Source: Amphiscolops sp. MND2022
Taxonomy: Eukaryota
Length of the DNA stretch: 64,000 bases
Direction of reading: 5' to 3'
NCBI GenBank assembly: GCA_964187785.1
Contig: OZ076409.1
Coordinates: forward strand, 69,008,001-69,072,000
The notes under the pieces are model-generated. The model was not told the origin of the DNA. It saw only the letters and a program-made list of their open reading frames with translations, and searched no databases. Shown here in pieces: positions 11,801 to 24,103 of the stretch (position 1 is the stretch's first letter; every line of letters starts with the position of its first letter). The position numbers and the translations under genes were made by a program.

Positions 11801-12821
11801 GATGGTTAAAAAGACCGGAGAGCTGCCTGAGTTTCGTGCCCGATGTCGACAGTTTCTGGACAGATTGACTGTCGTGATTGTTGGAAGTGTGTGTGTGACG
11901 TCTGGCGTATCACGTTGCTTGTACAGTTTCTGTCCTGAGATTTTGTTTGAAGGCGACGACAGCGGGGTGTTTGCCCTATTTACGGATTTGTGCCGATTGT
12001 TGAAAGTGTGCAACGTGATAACTGCTGAGGAGTCTCGCTGTGCTGTGGATGAATTTAGCAGTTATGTGATTGAGAAGCGGGTTCAGCATCGTAGTTCTGG
12101 GCAGTCGGCCAGTGGTATTGAAGATGTGCTGGACTATTTGCTAGGCGATTTCAGTTTCCAGTCTCGAGAGCTTTTGGTGAGAATCTTTAAACTTTGCTGT
12201 CTGGCCATTGAAACGTCGATCGTGGATTATCCGTCTGTGTCAATCAGTCTCAGTGGTAGTTCTTTGCGTGAGGATGCGTTGCAAAATTGCATCAAGTTGG
12301 TGCAGTCGTATGTATTGAGTCAAGGATACTGCCATCAGCGTTTCTTCACCGGTCAGACGATGGATGCTGTTCGAGCTGCTGTAGATGAGGCTGGAAGTTT
12401 CTTTGTGTGCGGTGAGATTGATCTGTGGAAGGACTTCGTAGGTCCAACGTATACTTCTTTCATCTCTGCTCACAGGAAGTCATGTAATAAGTTGCTGTTG
12501 CAGCGCCGAAGGGAGTACGAAGTCCATTATATTGAGTGTAATAAGACTAATCGATTGGCTCGAATAGATCAGAGTGTCAGGGCTGCTAGTAATGAATCTG
12601 GGAGTGTGCGTTCAGGGCCGTCTCAACTTGCTTGTGGCACATCTGTTGGAAAGAGTGCTACGGTTACTGCTGGTTCCACTAATCCCAAGCCAAAACGGGA
12701 GACGCTAGTAGTACAGAAAAAGAGCGAAGTTAGCACGGCAAAGAAACCGAAGAAAGGTGGTAAGAGGAACGATGAAGATCCGGATGTTGTCCATAAGTTG
12801 AAGAAACCTTCCAAGAGGTGA
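8843..12821 (+). CDS. Antisense spliced accessory gene of element B, ~1066 aa, BED-like finger, hAT-transposase-like; exons 8843-8972, 9085-9411, 9491-9613, 9698-9805, 9925-10487, 10624-11244, 11322-11403, 11575-12821
   Basis: Seven GT-AG introns join the listed short ORFs into one stop-free frame of 3201 nt. Exons 5-8 are homologous to the element C gene. Exons 1-4 are less certain. Confidence 0.8.
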
Positions 12822-13001
12822 TGGGTGACTGGCGAACTTTGTTGATATTTCGTTTATTGATGCTCTTTCTTTTGTGTACTGATTTTATCTGTTGTTGTTT
12901 CTTTGGTTGGCGTTTAGCTTTCTTTTGATTTGTGTAGTTTTAGAAATTTGTAAAATTTAACGTAGTCACTCCGGTTCGGTTTGACGTGCTGATCTTTTAT
13001 T

Positions 13002-16000
13002 CTAGGCTTGAGTTGAGCGTAGGTCTTCTGTAGTAACTGAGTCTAGCATTCTGAAGTCGGGATTCACATTAGGTCTAGGGTTAGGTCGTAAATTGTATCT
13101 GCCCACTTTCCTAGGATTATATCCAACAACTATGGGCGGTAGTTCGGGCGTTTTGGGAGGGCTTTCTATAGGCGGTGGGGTCGAAATATATGGATTGTTG
13201 CTGACATCTAAGTTGAAAGACGTGACGTTGTCGGAGGATGTTTTATCCTCTTCAGTATTCTCATTTGTGGTTGTTTGAACCACGTCATTTTCCGTTATAT
13301 TTTCGCTTGTGGTTGTTTGAACCACGTCATTTTCCGCTGTATCTGTGATCTCTGTAACTGTGGTTTCGTCTGTAGCGTTGTTCGTGGTATTTCCGAACAG
13401 AACTTCTCCGAATTCGGTTTCCCAAGCTTGCGCGTACCAATCATTGTGGGTTGTTTTAACCTCTGGGTCTGGAAGGTAATCTTCCCTTCTGACTGTTACG
13501 TCAGGTACTCGTTGATTGGGCGCATATAGCCTTAGGCGAATTCTATGGAGGGTTTGCGTGTAACGGGTTCCCGTGCGGCGTACGACGTAGTTATTGTTCG
13601 AGAGTACTTTGACGACCATATAAGGGCCAGTCCAAATGCAATCTTTGAAAGCGAATTTCATCGACTGGTTGTCTGCTTTCGGATTGAGAACGTAGCAGTA
13701 GTCATTGACTTTGAGCGGCGTAGCTGTTGCTTTCTTGTCATAGTACTGTTTGTATTTGAGGTAGGACTGCATTAGGTTTTCTTTGGCGGCTTGGTGTATT
13801 TCAGCTATTTGTTTCTGTAGCTGGTCCGTTAATTCTTCGTTGTTGTCTCTTTCCCAGTGAGGTTTCAATCCAAGTTTGATATCTAGGATGTTGTACGGGA
13901 TACGTCCGTGAAACACTGTTGTAGGTTCGCAGCCTAAGCTTTCATGGTAACTTGTATTGTAATTCATGACCGCGATCTGGACGTATTTGTGCCACATGGA
14001 GCGGCGTTCTCCCGTTGATATCTTCATTGAAGTTTTCAAAGTGGCATGAGTTCTTTCTAGAATGCCAATCGTTTGGGCGTGTTTCGTTGATGCGTGGCTT
14101 ATCCGTATGTCGAGTGTTTGTGCTATTTGGTTGATTACCTCTGACTTGAATTGTGATCCTTTATCCGTTAGTATGACGGTTGGTAGGTAGCAGTGTCTTG
14201 TCATGACATCTATGATGCATCGTGCAACTGTTTTCGCTGTCATATCTTGTGTTGGGTATGCGAAAAGGTTACGGGAGAAGACATCCATCATCGTGACAAT
14301 GTGCTGGTATCCATTGGAGGATGGTAGATTTGGTAGTATATCTACTTCTAGGCAATCTTCTGGTCCCAATGTGAATTCAGTGTTGCTCAGCATTTTAGGA
14401 CGTATCTGTCGCGTGTCGATCCTTTTGTTGGCAATGCAATCTGGACAGTTGGTAACCCAGGCGCGGATTTTTTGTGCGAGCCCCGGGAAATAGTATTTCG
14501 CTCTGCATTCTTGTATCATTTTTGTGATTCCTGGGTGTTTATTTGTTTTTCCATGTAGAGTGGCCAAGAGTTCTGGGACTAGGTGTTTCGGAATTATAAT
14601 TTGGTTGTGGGTGACTGATCCGTCTTCCCCGTAGTATTTTCGCATCAGAACTCCATCTTTCATTATGATTCTTTCTTCGTGGCGTAATAGGTTTCGTCCT
14701 CGTGGTTCAGTTTTGAGAAGGTGTTTGTAATATTCTTCGTGTGAGATCCGTTGTTTCAGTGCTTTGAGGAGAGGGTCTGCATCTTGCTCGTTTCTGATCC
14801 GTGCATTTTCCTTAATTGCACCGAAGGAGTAGACTGCGGAGTTGAGTGGTATCTTGATGACTTCGGTTACTTTTGTTGATAGTTCTCTCTCATGTTCGTC
14901 TAGGGCGCGTCGCTTGCTGAGTGCTTTTCGGGCAAAGATTTCTTGTTCAGATTCATCTTCTTCATCAGGTAGGAAGAAAAGTTGTTCTTCGTCAGCTACA
15001 TCTGATGATTGTAGATTGACCTCAATTGGGGACGTTAGGATGTCGTCTCGTAGTTGTACCTTTTCTTTCGGTGTAAGTTCAAGTCTTGAAAGAAATTCTG
15101 CTGCTGTGTTTTGGGAGCCTGCTACGTGCATAATTCGAAACTTGAACTGTAATACATAGTCACAGGCATTCCAGAGTGCAGGGGGTGTCGTTTTTGTCTG
15201 GAAGAATCTTGTTACTGAGCGATTGTCTGTTAAGACCAGGGTTGGAATTGTTGTTTCCCATAGTATGTGGCTGTATTCGAGGAATGCATGGTAGATTGCT
15301 AAGAATTCCTTGCAGTAGATGGACATTTTCAGTTGTGCAGGTGAAAAAACTCGTGATCCGAACGCTACTGGTGCGAAGGTTTTTCGTTTGGAGAGTATTT
15401 TGCGTTCATCGTTCTCCTCAATCATGAGGGCGTAGCCTGACCCACGAAAGCTTGCATCCGTCATTAGGACGTATTGTTTTCCTGCTATGGGCTGTCGGAG
15501 CGCAAGTCCACAAGCTTCCGCTAAACTGGCGTTAATTTCCTTAAAGTTGTCGACAAGTTCTTCTGAATTTCTGATCTTGGAGTCTGCTTTAAGAAGTTCG
15601 TACATGCCGATGAGTTTTTCTGACAAGCGCGGTATGTAGTTGCGGTAATAGTTAACAAAGCCAATGTATTTTTGAACTTGTTTTTTGGATTTGGGAAAGC
15701 GGATTTTGGAGAGGAAATTTTTGACTTTTTGATCTTGCGGGGCTACTCCGTCGGGGGTGATGGTTCGGCCAAGAAATTCGATTTGGGTTACTCCAAAATG
15801 ACATTTTTCGATGGTTAGTTTTATTCCTGCGTTCCTAATGCATTTGAAGACTGCTCTGATGTTTTTATGAGCTGTTCCGTTGTGTTTGCGGCAATGCCAA
15901 TGTCATCTACGTATTGTGCACATTGGTCGGCTTTGATGACTGAGTCCAGATACTCACGCATGAAGCTCGAAAAAGCTGATAGGGCTCTGCTTAGTCCTTG

Positions 16001-18229
16001 TGCCAGGCGACGGTAGGCGAACGTCCTACTAGCGAAATTAAAAGCAAGTAACTCTACTGACCTTTGGTCTGCCATTTGAAGGCAGTGATACGCCTGGGAG
16101 CAGTCAAGCTTGCAGAATAGTTTTTTCCCTGCTAGGTGTTGTGCCGCATCTGAGAGGGTGCTGACAGGGTTGTTGTTGTTGATGTAGTCATCTGCTATGA
16201 GTGCGTTGATTTTGCGTAGATCCACCAGCAGTCTCAGCTTGCCGTTGGGTTTCCGTTGTGCAAATATAGGACTGGCGTACTTGGAGAAGGGGAGTGTCGT
16301 GATGATACCGTATCGGTGCATGAGGGCCAGTTCTACAGTCAGATCTTCTTTGAGGTTGATGGGTACGGGTAGGCTTTGCGTGTAGACTGGTTTGTCGTCT
16401 TGTGGTGTTAGGCTGACTTTGAATTGTGTGTTCATTCCTATGTCTAGCCGGTGTCGAGCGAAGATGTCATTAAATTCGACAATGGTGTCCTCAAGGTTTT
16501 CACGGTCTTTGCCCGCAATTAGTGAATCTGTCCATTTGAACATGGATAGGAATTTGTTGCGGGATTCTTCGCTTTCGGTTGGGTCGAGTTTTTCTAGTTC
16601 GGCAAGGTCTTGCAATTCTTTCAAGATTCGCTTTTGTATGGGCGAATGTTCCTGTTCGTTGCCGGGGTGTTCTGGGGTCGGAAACCAGAATTTCTCTTCA
16701 TTGTCGTCGGGCCGCTCTACTTGCATTAGTGCATTGATGTACGTGACCACATCGTCATGGTCAGTGAGGAGGTTTAGGGCGGCTATGTCAACTGGGCGGA
16801 TCATCTTCGTTTCTTCGGGCTTCAGGATTTGCAGTTCTGCCATTTTGGTATTGGTGGCTATTGTGTATGGAAAATCCGTAGTGTTGGCGATTTTAATTGG
16901 TATCTTTTTGTCTCTGGCTGTGGTAATCGCTGGAGCTACTATTACCTTCGCGCATTCATCGAATTGTGGTAGGGGTTGTATAGTGCCCGTTATTGGGTGT
17001 TCAATACTCACAGGGATTGTTGCGTAGATGACTCGGGTAGAGTGCGCTGGGATTGTATGCTTGGCTTCGGTCTTTATCGTGATGGGTTTGGGATTGCACT
17101 TTTGTCTTTCGTCTGTGAGCGCCATCGTGATTTGGATCTTAGGAAAGTCGATGGTTCCCTGTTCCGTGTCAAGGATTGCGGCATGCTTACGTAGAAACGC
17201 TAATCCGATTATGGGGAATGACGTTTGATTCATGATGATGAATGTTTCTTCGAAGGTGTAGTCTCCTATTTTGAAGCGTAGAGTGTACGTGGCAAGTGGT
17301 TGTTCTAGTTCGGCATTGGCGTACTGCACTTTGAAAGGGGGTGGAGGTGCTTTGTTAACAATGCATTGACTCGCATTTTGGTGGAGTTTTTCAGCATCCC
17401 TTTCGCTAATAGCATTAATGTACGCACCTGAGTCGACTAAGGCTTCGATTTTGACAGTGTTGAATTCGATTGGTAGGAAGAGCATTCTCTTTTTCTTCTT
17501 GAGGGCAATTGCAGACATTAACGGGATGTAGTCGTCTTCCTTGTCGTGCTGGATGAATTCTTTGATGACATCTAGATCTTCTGGTAGTGTTGGGTGACAT
17601 TCCGTTATTTCTTCGTCTTCAGCGGCTATTGCTGTGGCTGGCGCGGTTTGTGGTGATGACGAGAGCGAAGCGGTGTTTTCTCGCTGTTCTCTTGCTTGTC
17701 GTGACCATATTGTTTTGTCTTCAATGCATATGATGGTTTCGGCATCGATCGGTGTGGACGTGATGGTGACGGGTGCTGTTGGGGACGGTGTTGTTCTTTT
17801 CAGGATCGGTGACGGCGGTGATGGTAGGTTTGTGATCTTCGTAGCTTGAGCTTGAGGGTTTGAGACTTGGATTTTGAAGGATAGTTTATTTGTATCATAG
17901 ATGGTTGGTTCATCCCAAGGGTCACATCTGTAGTCTCTGTCATATATATAAATTCGGTCTGTTTTTGATTCCGGCAACGGTCTTTTGAGTGTCGCATAGT
18001 TATCAGGCGACTCTGTTATCCACTGGGGTAGTGGCGTTGGATCTTCTGGGTGTCTGGCGTTATGCCTGAGTATCGTGCCTACGTTCCAACGGCGTTGCCA
18101 GTCTTGAGTTGGTTCTTCATTACATTCGGTTAAAAAATCTTCCTCATACCTGTTTGGGGGGTCCTCTATCGTGTACGCCCTCGCGTCTACTTTTTCCCCA
18201 AATCGTAGGCGCGGCGACTTTAGTTTTTT
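13002..18229 (-). CDS. pol: Pol (PR, RT, RNase H, integrase) of element B; one frameshift near 15865
   Basis: LVDSGA, QYVDD, TDAS, HHCC and DDE integrase motifs. The -1 frame is open from A AAA AAC (18223-18229). ORFs 15821-17977 and 13002-15626 join if one A is added to an A5 run. Confidence 0.95.
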
Positions 18230-19629
18230 GGCTGAGAGGACGTGGTAGGTACAGGTTGTTCACTGATTTTGTTGGTTGGAATGGTGAATTCTCGTTTCTT
18301 CTTTCTGGGGTCATTTGCTGCATTGGCTCCGTTCCAACAATTCTCAGTTTTGTGCATCTTGCCGCATGTATCACACTTGGGTTTGGGTGCTTCGTTTTGG
18401 GCTGGGTCTTTTGTGGTTGTTTTGGCGACATTGTAACGCTCTCGTTGGAGTCTGCGACACTGTGCTTTATAGTGGCCATATTTGCCACAGTGAAAGCAGT
18501 GACCTCGTTGTTGTTGGTCTTTTTTATCGTCCGTCACTACGGCGTCCACTGTGTTGAGTGGGACTAGGGTTGTTTCGTCGGGCGCACCTAGTCCGTTTAA
18601 TCGCATTTCTCTCTCAAGATGCAAAACTATGTCATTGTAGGGTTTATCTTCTAAATATGCTCTATTGAGGATCTTCTCGACGTGATCCGGCATTTTGGCG
18701 TAGATCGCTTCATCAATGAATCTTTGTGCTTCTGAGCCGAATGCTTCTTTTGCAGTTTTTTGCAGAGTGTCAAGGAACTCATGGAGTTTCTGTTTAGTGG
18801 GGTCAAAATGCAGTGCGTCCCACTCACATCTCGCTTTAGCGGATGATTGGAAATCACCAAAGCGGCGTTTAAATGCCGTTATGACTTCTTCTAGGTTGTC
18901 TTTTTTGGTGTCATCTAGATTACAATACGCTTGTAGCGCGTTTCCTCGTAGGAGTGAATGGAAGTAGTTGATCTTTTGTATCTCGGTTAGGTGAGGATAC
19001 ATTTTGATATTGTTTCGGAATAGGTCCTCAAAAAGTTCAAACTTTTCGGACTTACTATCGAAAACTGGGAGCGAAGCAGTGAGTGCTTTCGGCATCGGAA
19101 GTAGATTGGTTGATGGTAATGTGTGTGGTTGTGGCGCGAACAGGATCTTTGATGTGGAGGGACGGGCTTTTTGTTGTTCGTTGAGTATACGTTGTGTTTT
19201 CGGTCTATTGGTGGGTTGGTTGGTGGAATCATTGAGGACTCCTGTCACCATGTTACGACTATTGTTCGGTGTTGTTTTAGAACTAGTCGCAGTTTGTGTT
19301 TTGACTGGGGTGGACGTTCTCGCTACGGAGATGTTTTCTTGGTCTGAATCAGAATCATGTATGTCCGAACTGACTGGGCGTTTCTTGCTCACAGGTGCTA
19401 TTAATTTGAGCATTTCCTTTTGATTTTCGGCGAGTATTTTCGTCAAGTCAGACATAATCTCTTTTCTCAGAGACGTTTTTATTTCCTCTAAGTTTTCAAG
19501 CTCGAGTCTAGGATTTTTACTGGAGCTAGCTATTAAGTTCTCAGTAGAGTTGTTCTCAGCTAAGGAAGCTTCAAAATCACCTGACACCAGCTCAGCTACA
19601 GCTTTTCTCTTCTGGCTCCTTGTTGTCAT
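18220..19629 (-). CDS. gag: Gag, 469 aa, two CCHC knuckles
   Basis: FDSKSEKFELFEDLF; CFHCGKYGHYKAQC; CDTCGKMHKTENC. Confidence 0.94.
   Translation of the reverse strand: MTTRSQKRKAVAELVSGDFEASLAENNSTENLIASSSKNPRLELENLEEIKTSLRKEIMSDLTKILAENQKEMLKLIAPVSKKRPVSSDIHDSDSDQENISVARTSTPVKTQTATSSKTTPNNSRNMVTGVLNDSTNQPTNRPKTQRILNEQQKARPSTSKILFAPQPHTLPSTNLLPMPKALTASLPVFDSKSEKFELFEDLFRNNIKMYPHLTEIQKINYFHSLLRGNALQAYCNLDDTKKDNLEEVITAFKRRFGDFQSSAKARCEWDALHFDPTKQKLHEFLDTLQKTAKEAFGSEAQRFIDEAIYAKMPDHVEKILNRAYLEDKPYNDIVLHLEREMRLNGLGAPDETTLVPLNTVDAVVTDDKKDQQQRGHCFHCGKYGHYKAQCRRLQRERYNVAKTTTKDPAQNEAPKPKCDTCGKMHKTENCWNGANAANDPRKKKREFTIPTNKISEQPVPTTSSQPKN
19238..19250 (-). promoter_or_regulatory. Primer binding site of element B
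   Basis: TGGTGACAGGAGT starts immediately where LTR-LTR identity ends. Confidence 0.9.
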
Positions 19630-21452
19630 TTTTCAAAGTTGAGATATCAAAGTCTTTGGCAAGAATTAAATTCTTCAAAGAAATTTTGAGTTTACGCAAT
19701 TACAACGAGCAACAAAGTTTTGAAACGAATTCAAGATCAACTAAAATTACATGTCCTTTCTACATATTTATACCTTTTCAGCATCATTTGTTCCTCACCT
19801 AAAAATTCCTAGGAATCTTAAAAATCAGGTTTGTTCAACAAAAAGCGTCAATGATTCAGATTATTTCAGCCCGGCGTCATAAAATCAGGTATTGCAATTC
19901 CTACACACGTCATCGCTCCGTTAATCTTTGTTGAAAACGTTTTTGTTCAAGCATTTACATTTCCTGTTTAAACTTCAAAATTGCGGCAAAACAAATGTCT
20001 AGCTTTCATATTCATCGACGCAGGCACGCCGGCGTGATCAATTAGTCAGCTTCCTAACTTGAAAATTGAAATTCGGAGTAAAAAGAATGACACTCAAAAA
20101 ATGGTGACGGAAATATGACGGAAGTAAATATTTTAGAACCAGGAACATTTGAGAGATCAAAATGAAGAACAAAATGATGCCGAGAAGCCTTTCGAAAACG
20201 GATTGTCTATAGGATGGCAAATACTACAACTTTTACATACATCAGAACATAGAACGAAACATTTAACCTTTTAGCAACAGCTGAATACCACGGAAGTGGT
20301 CCGTTTGCCGAAACTTGTTTAGCAGTTAGCACACAAAGTGTTCAGACTAAAAGTCTAAGAAAACGTATAAAAATACAACATCATAGCACCCGCATGAGGA
20401 CTGGGCAAGAATAGAAAAGGAATAGGAGAGATTATTGGAATGATTATTACTGCATCATATCAAAGCTTATACAAAACTCAAAGCAACGCGAGTATTACGT
20501 TCATTTCATAATTCTTCCTCACAGTACAACTATTCTTTATGTAAACTTAATCCTAAAATTTCTTATAGTGCATCGATTCATGAAAAACTCTTCTGCGGTT
20601 CCATTCGTTTCAATATTTCTTAGTCACAATTTTACAATTTGCTCCGTAGTAGCTCCGTATGTATTAAGATTGCTTATAGCTGTAATTTGCTCCGTAGTAG
20701 CTCCGTATGTATTAAGATTGCTTATGGCTCAGCTGCCGGACCAAGTGGAGAGAAAGCGGAGCGCGTAGGTGAATTCATTTTCTTTCTCTTATTCTAATTG
20801 GCGTTGCTAGGGGCAACCGAGTTTAATTTTACTCGCACTAGCTAAGAATAGTTCTATTAATAGGGTGACGTTATTGGTCCGTAAAAGCAAAATACCTAAT
20901 ATTAGCTCAGTAGATTGACGTTGCCATAACGTTGTAAATATTTGCTTAGGTCACTTGATTGTGCTTTAAACGAGTATTCACAACTACTTCATCACCGGAA
21001 AACAATTTTATCCTTTTGTCTATGTGTTCTTTTCATTTTAGATCGTATGAATTCCGTTGGGATCTCGGAATTGAATTTTATTTTAATGTTTTCATTTTAG
21101 TGTGGACCAGAGGAAAAGAATGATCCCAATTAGAAATGTTCATTTTAGTGTTTACATTAGTATGGCCGAAATCAGAAAATCATACCGGAAATGAAAAATC
21201 TTATCACGCATGGAGCTGAATAACCGGAAGTTTTAGCTAAAAGCCATTTCTGAAAATATTCCGTAATGCTTACGTTAGGTCTTGTTTTGGGAAATTATCT
21301 ACGAGTGAATTTAGCTGTACTGTAAGTAGAATTTTGATTTGGTTAGCTTAACAAAGTTTAAAAGTATTTACTGTGTCCTTGTCCATGTCCTCTGCCGAAT
21401 CCCGGTATTCCGGAGCAGCAAGTAAAATTACGACCGGGAGCGGGTCGTGACA
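19251..21452 (-). repeat. 5' LTR of element B
   Basis: Direct repeat of 5262-7463; TATAAATA about 140 nt upstream of the gag ATG. Confidence 0.97.
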
Positions 21453-22595
21453 ATGTTTCAGCTCTTTAGCAAGGAAACTGAGTATTTAACTTGGTGACTC
21501 TAAACTTGCGAACTAAGATATTTTGCATTAAACGTTTTACAATTTTTCTCAACAGAATAATAACATACTCTACCAAAAATAACATTATAGAGGCTGCAAA
21601 AATACAAAAGTATTGAAACATCTATGTTCCGTCCATGATTGAAGAACTGGAATTTTCAACGGGTTGCAATCGTAGTTTACTCCTAAGAAAATTGTCGTGG
21701 CTATCAGAGCGGTTAAACTATTTTTGTATTTTTCCTCTTTTGATTCATTGCAACAAGCTAACAAAATGCTGTGAATTCTGATTGTTTTCAACTTCCTCTT
21801 TTTGTTTCTCGACGGTGTTCTCTTTCTTATTGATGTTGCTTTTTGATGCTTACCCTGGTGACGTCAATGAAACAAAGTACATGTATTAATTGTGAAATTA
21901 AACCCACTTCGCGTTTCTAATATCCGTTGGTTCTCAAATTTATTTGAAGCTTGACAGATGCATGAAAAACGAGGTCAGTTTGATGTCCGCTCGGTTGTTT
22001 TGTTTTTAGTGAACATCAATGAATGAACAATTGGGAACAGCACAAGTTGCGTCGAGAAACGCCAAGTCTTTCGAATATGTTCAATGGTGAATTTCAATAA
22101 AACTCTGAAAAACTCACAAGACCGAAAAAATTGGTCTCAGAAAAGTTTATATTTTTTTAGCTGAACATAACAAAATCGAAGCGGGATTCTTTGGTGAAAT
22201 ATAAAAAATTCTCTTTGAGAAACTCTGAAGAGAAATGCCTTTGTCGAAGTTTCCCGAAATTCAGTCGCGATTCTATTCGTGTTTGTTTGAAACTTCTATG
22301 ATGATTATTGGGGCAATTAGCTCTCAATACCTCTCTATGTAACATCTGGTTTCCAAACCAAGTTTTTAATTTTTGTTTAGTTTACAAAGATTTTTGTTAG
22401 TTTTGTTTATCAACCAGTTCATCGCTTTCCACTGATTGCACTGCCAAACTTCAAGACACTTGAACTTACACGTCTGAAGAAATCGATAATCTTCACTGAA
22501 TCAATTGTGTCTCACCGGTACATTTATTCAAGATAGGACATAGACTTAAGACAACGGATTTGTGATTATCTTTTTACATGTAGACAGTAGGGTAC

Positions 22596-24103
22596 TGTGA
22601 GAACTCTGACCCAGGGTCTCTCTTAGATCTCCTACAGATCGTGAATCCTTCTTTGCAATTTTTATTTTAGGCCCAGATGCGCTTTCCCTGTTTTCCTGGC
22701 TATTCGGGGACGAACTGGCCTCAGTGTCCCTGTGCCCAGCAGAGGACATGGAACTAGCAATGTTTTGGATCTCTGGAATGACTCTTTCGTTTATAGCTGC
22801 TGTGACAGCTCTATTTATTTGATTATGCATCATTGACATCATAGAATCCATTTCTTGAGATAATCTGAGATTAAACTCATTCGAGAAGGTTTCAAAAGAG
22901 TGTCTGATTTCATTCTGTCTCAGTACATCATTTTCATGCTGATAATCTCTATATTCATTCTCTAGGTACGTGTGTGTATCAGCGTCCCCATGGGCCGATG
23001 ACTGATCTATAGCTTCAGCTAATTCTCTTTCTATGGGATTATTATTGCTATTTCCCAGCATCACATCTAAGTTTTCAAAGTCGGACATCATGTCCATTTC
23101 CCTAGATTTCCTAGCTTTCGCTTTTTGACGTCTAGTAGAAGGCATAAGAGATTGTTGCAAGAGGTAAGAATTTAAATTAAGTTCTCAGACTTGCAAATTC
23201 AGTGTGAGATTACTCAGTATCAAGTAACAAGCATGTAGTAAGGTCAAACTTCTTGTGTCTCGGGACTAAATGTCTCCGCTATATATATATAACAAACTAC
23301 ATGACACGCATAATATTGATCATCATTTTCTAATAATAGCCTTAAGGGCTTCTAAAAATAGCAACAGTTCTAAATATAGCAACGGTTAACTAGTGACATC
23401 ATCATAGATTAAAGGGCCTTTCCCGACAGTTATTGTGGCGGGAAGACTGAAGGTCCATGCGGACAAGCAACAACATACATGTATGAACGCAATAAACTAC
23501 ATGTATTTCAACATTTTCTAATTTGCATGAAATATATTAAAGGCATTGATGGCGTACTATTAAGCACAGATTACATGTCCTCTAAGGACTAATAATTCAC
23601 TAAATAAGACAGTAAAGCACCGGTTATTATGTAATTCATAGCACTTTCCAGTAAGCGCCTTTAATTCCAAAACGGCCTCAGCGTCCAATCGACATGAGTG
23701 GACCGAGATATTATTGACTGGCGGCATATGGCCACTCAGTCCCTTTAATCTAGCAGCATAATACAGCACCGAATAAAGAAAGTACTGCACTGTGATTGGC
23801 TAGCGAGTTAATTGGACCGGTGGACCAAGGCGACAGGCGAGAAAACATTTGAACGCGTTTCCTCTACCTGTACGCCTTGGTGTCCAATTTATTAGCAACG
23901 TACAAATTAGCGCCGGTATTACATAACATCAAATCATCACTACATGATATTTTATATTCAGAATAAATAAATTACATGACTTTTAAGATACAAATGCAGT
24001 TCATTTAAAAAGTTTCCATTTAAATGGATCGTGTTGGGTAGGGCTTTTTGATAGTTGTGGCAAATAGAATACAAGTTGCCATCACAGGCGGACGCCTGGG
24101 ACA
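22596..24103 (-). repeat. 3' LTR of element C (~1508 bp)
   Basis: Left end is set by the repeat with 36545. Right end is set by PPT AGGGGGAG abutting TGTCCCAGGC and by homology to the start of LTR A (TGTCGCAGGC). Confidence 0.85.

Larger units (their letters stand above)
5262..21452 (-). mobile_element. Complete Ty3/Gypsy LTR retrotransposon B (16.2 kb) with two accessory genes
   Basis: Two 2202-bp LTRs with TG..CA ends; 5-bp TSD ATGTT at 5257-5261 and 21453-21457; PBS; gag; PR-RT-RH-IN order. Confidence 0.98.

Noticed and set aside
8800..12950. Nested autonomous hAT DNA transposon
   Set aside because: No TIRs or 8-bp TSD seen, catalytic motifs not evident, and a diverged homologue sits at the same place in element C.
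13093..19423. Many plus-strand ORFs opposite gag/pol
   Set aside because: Shadow frames of the minus-strand coding sequence with no independent motifs or splice logic.
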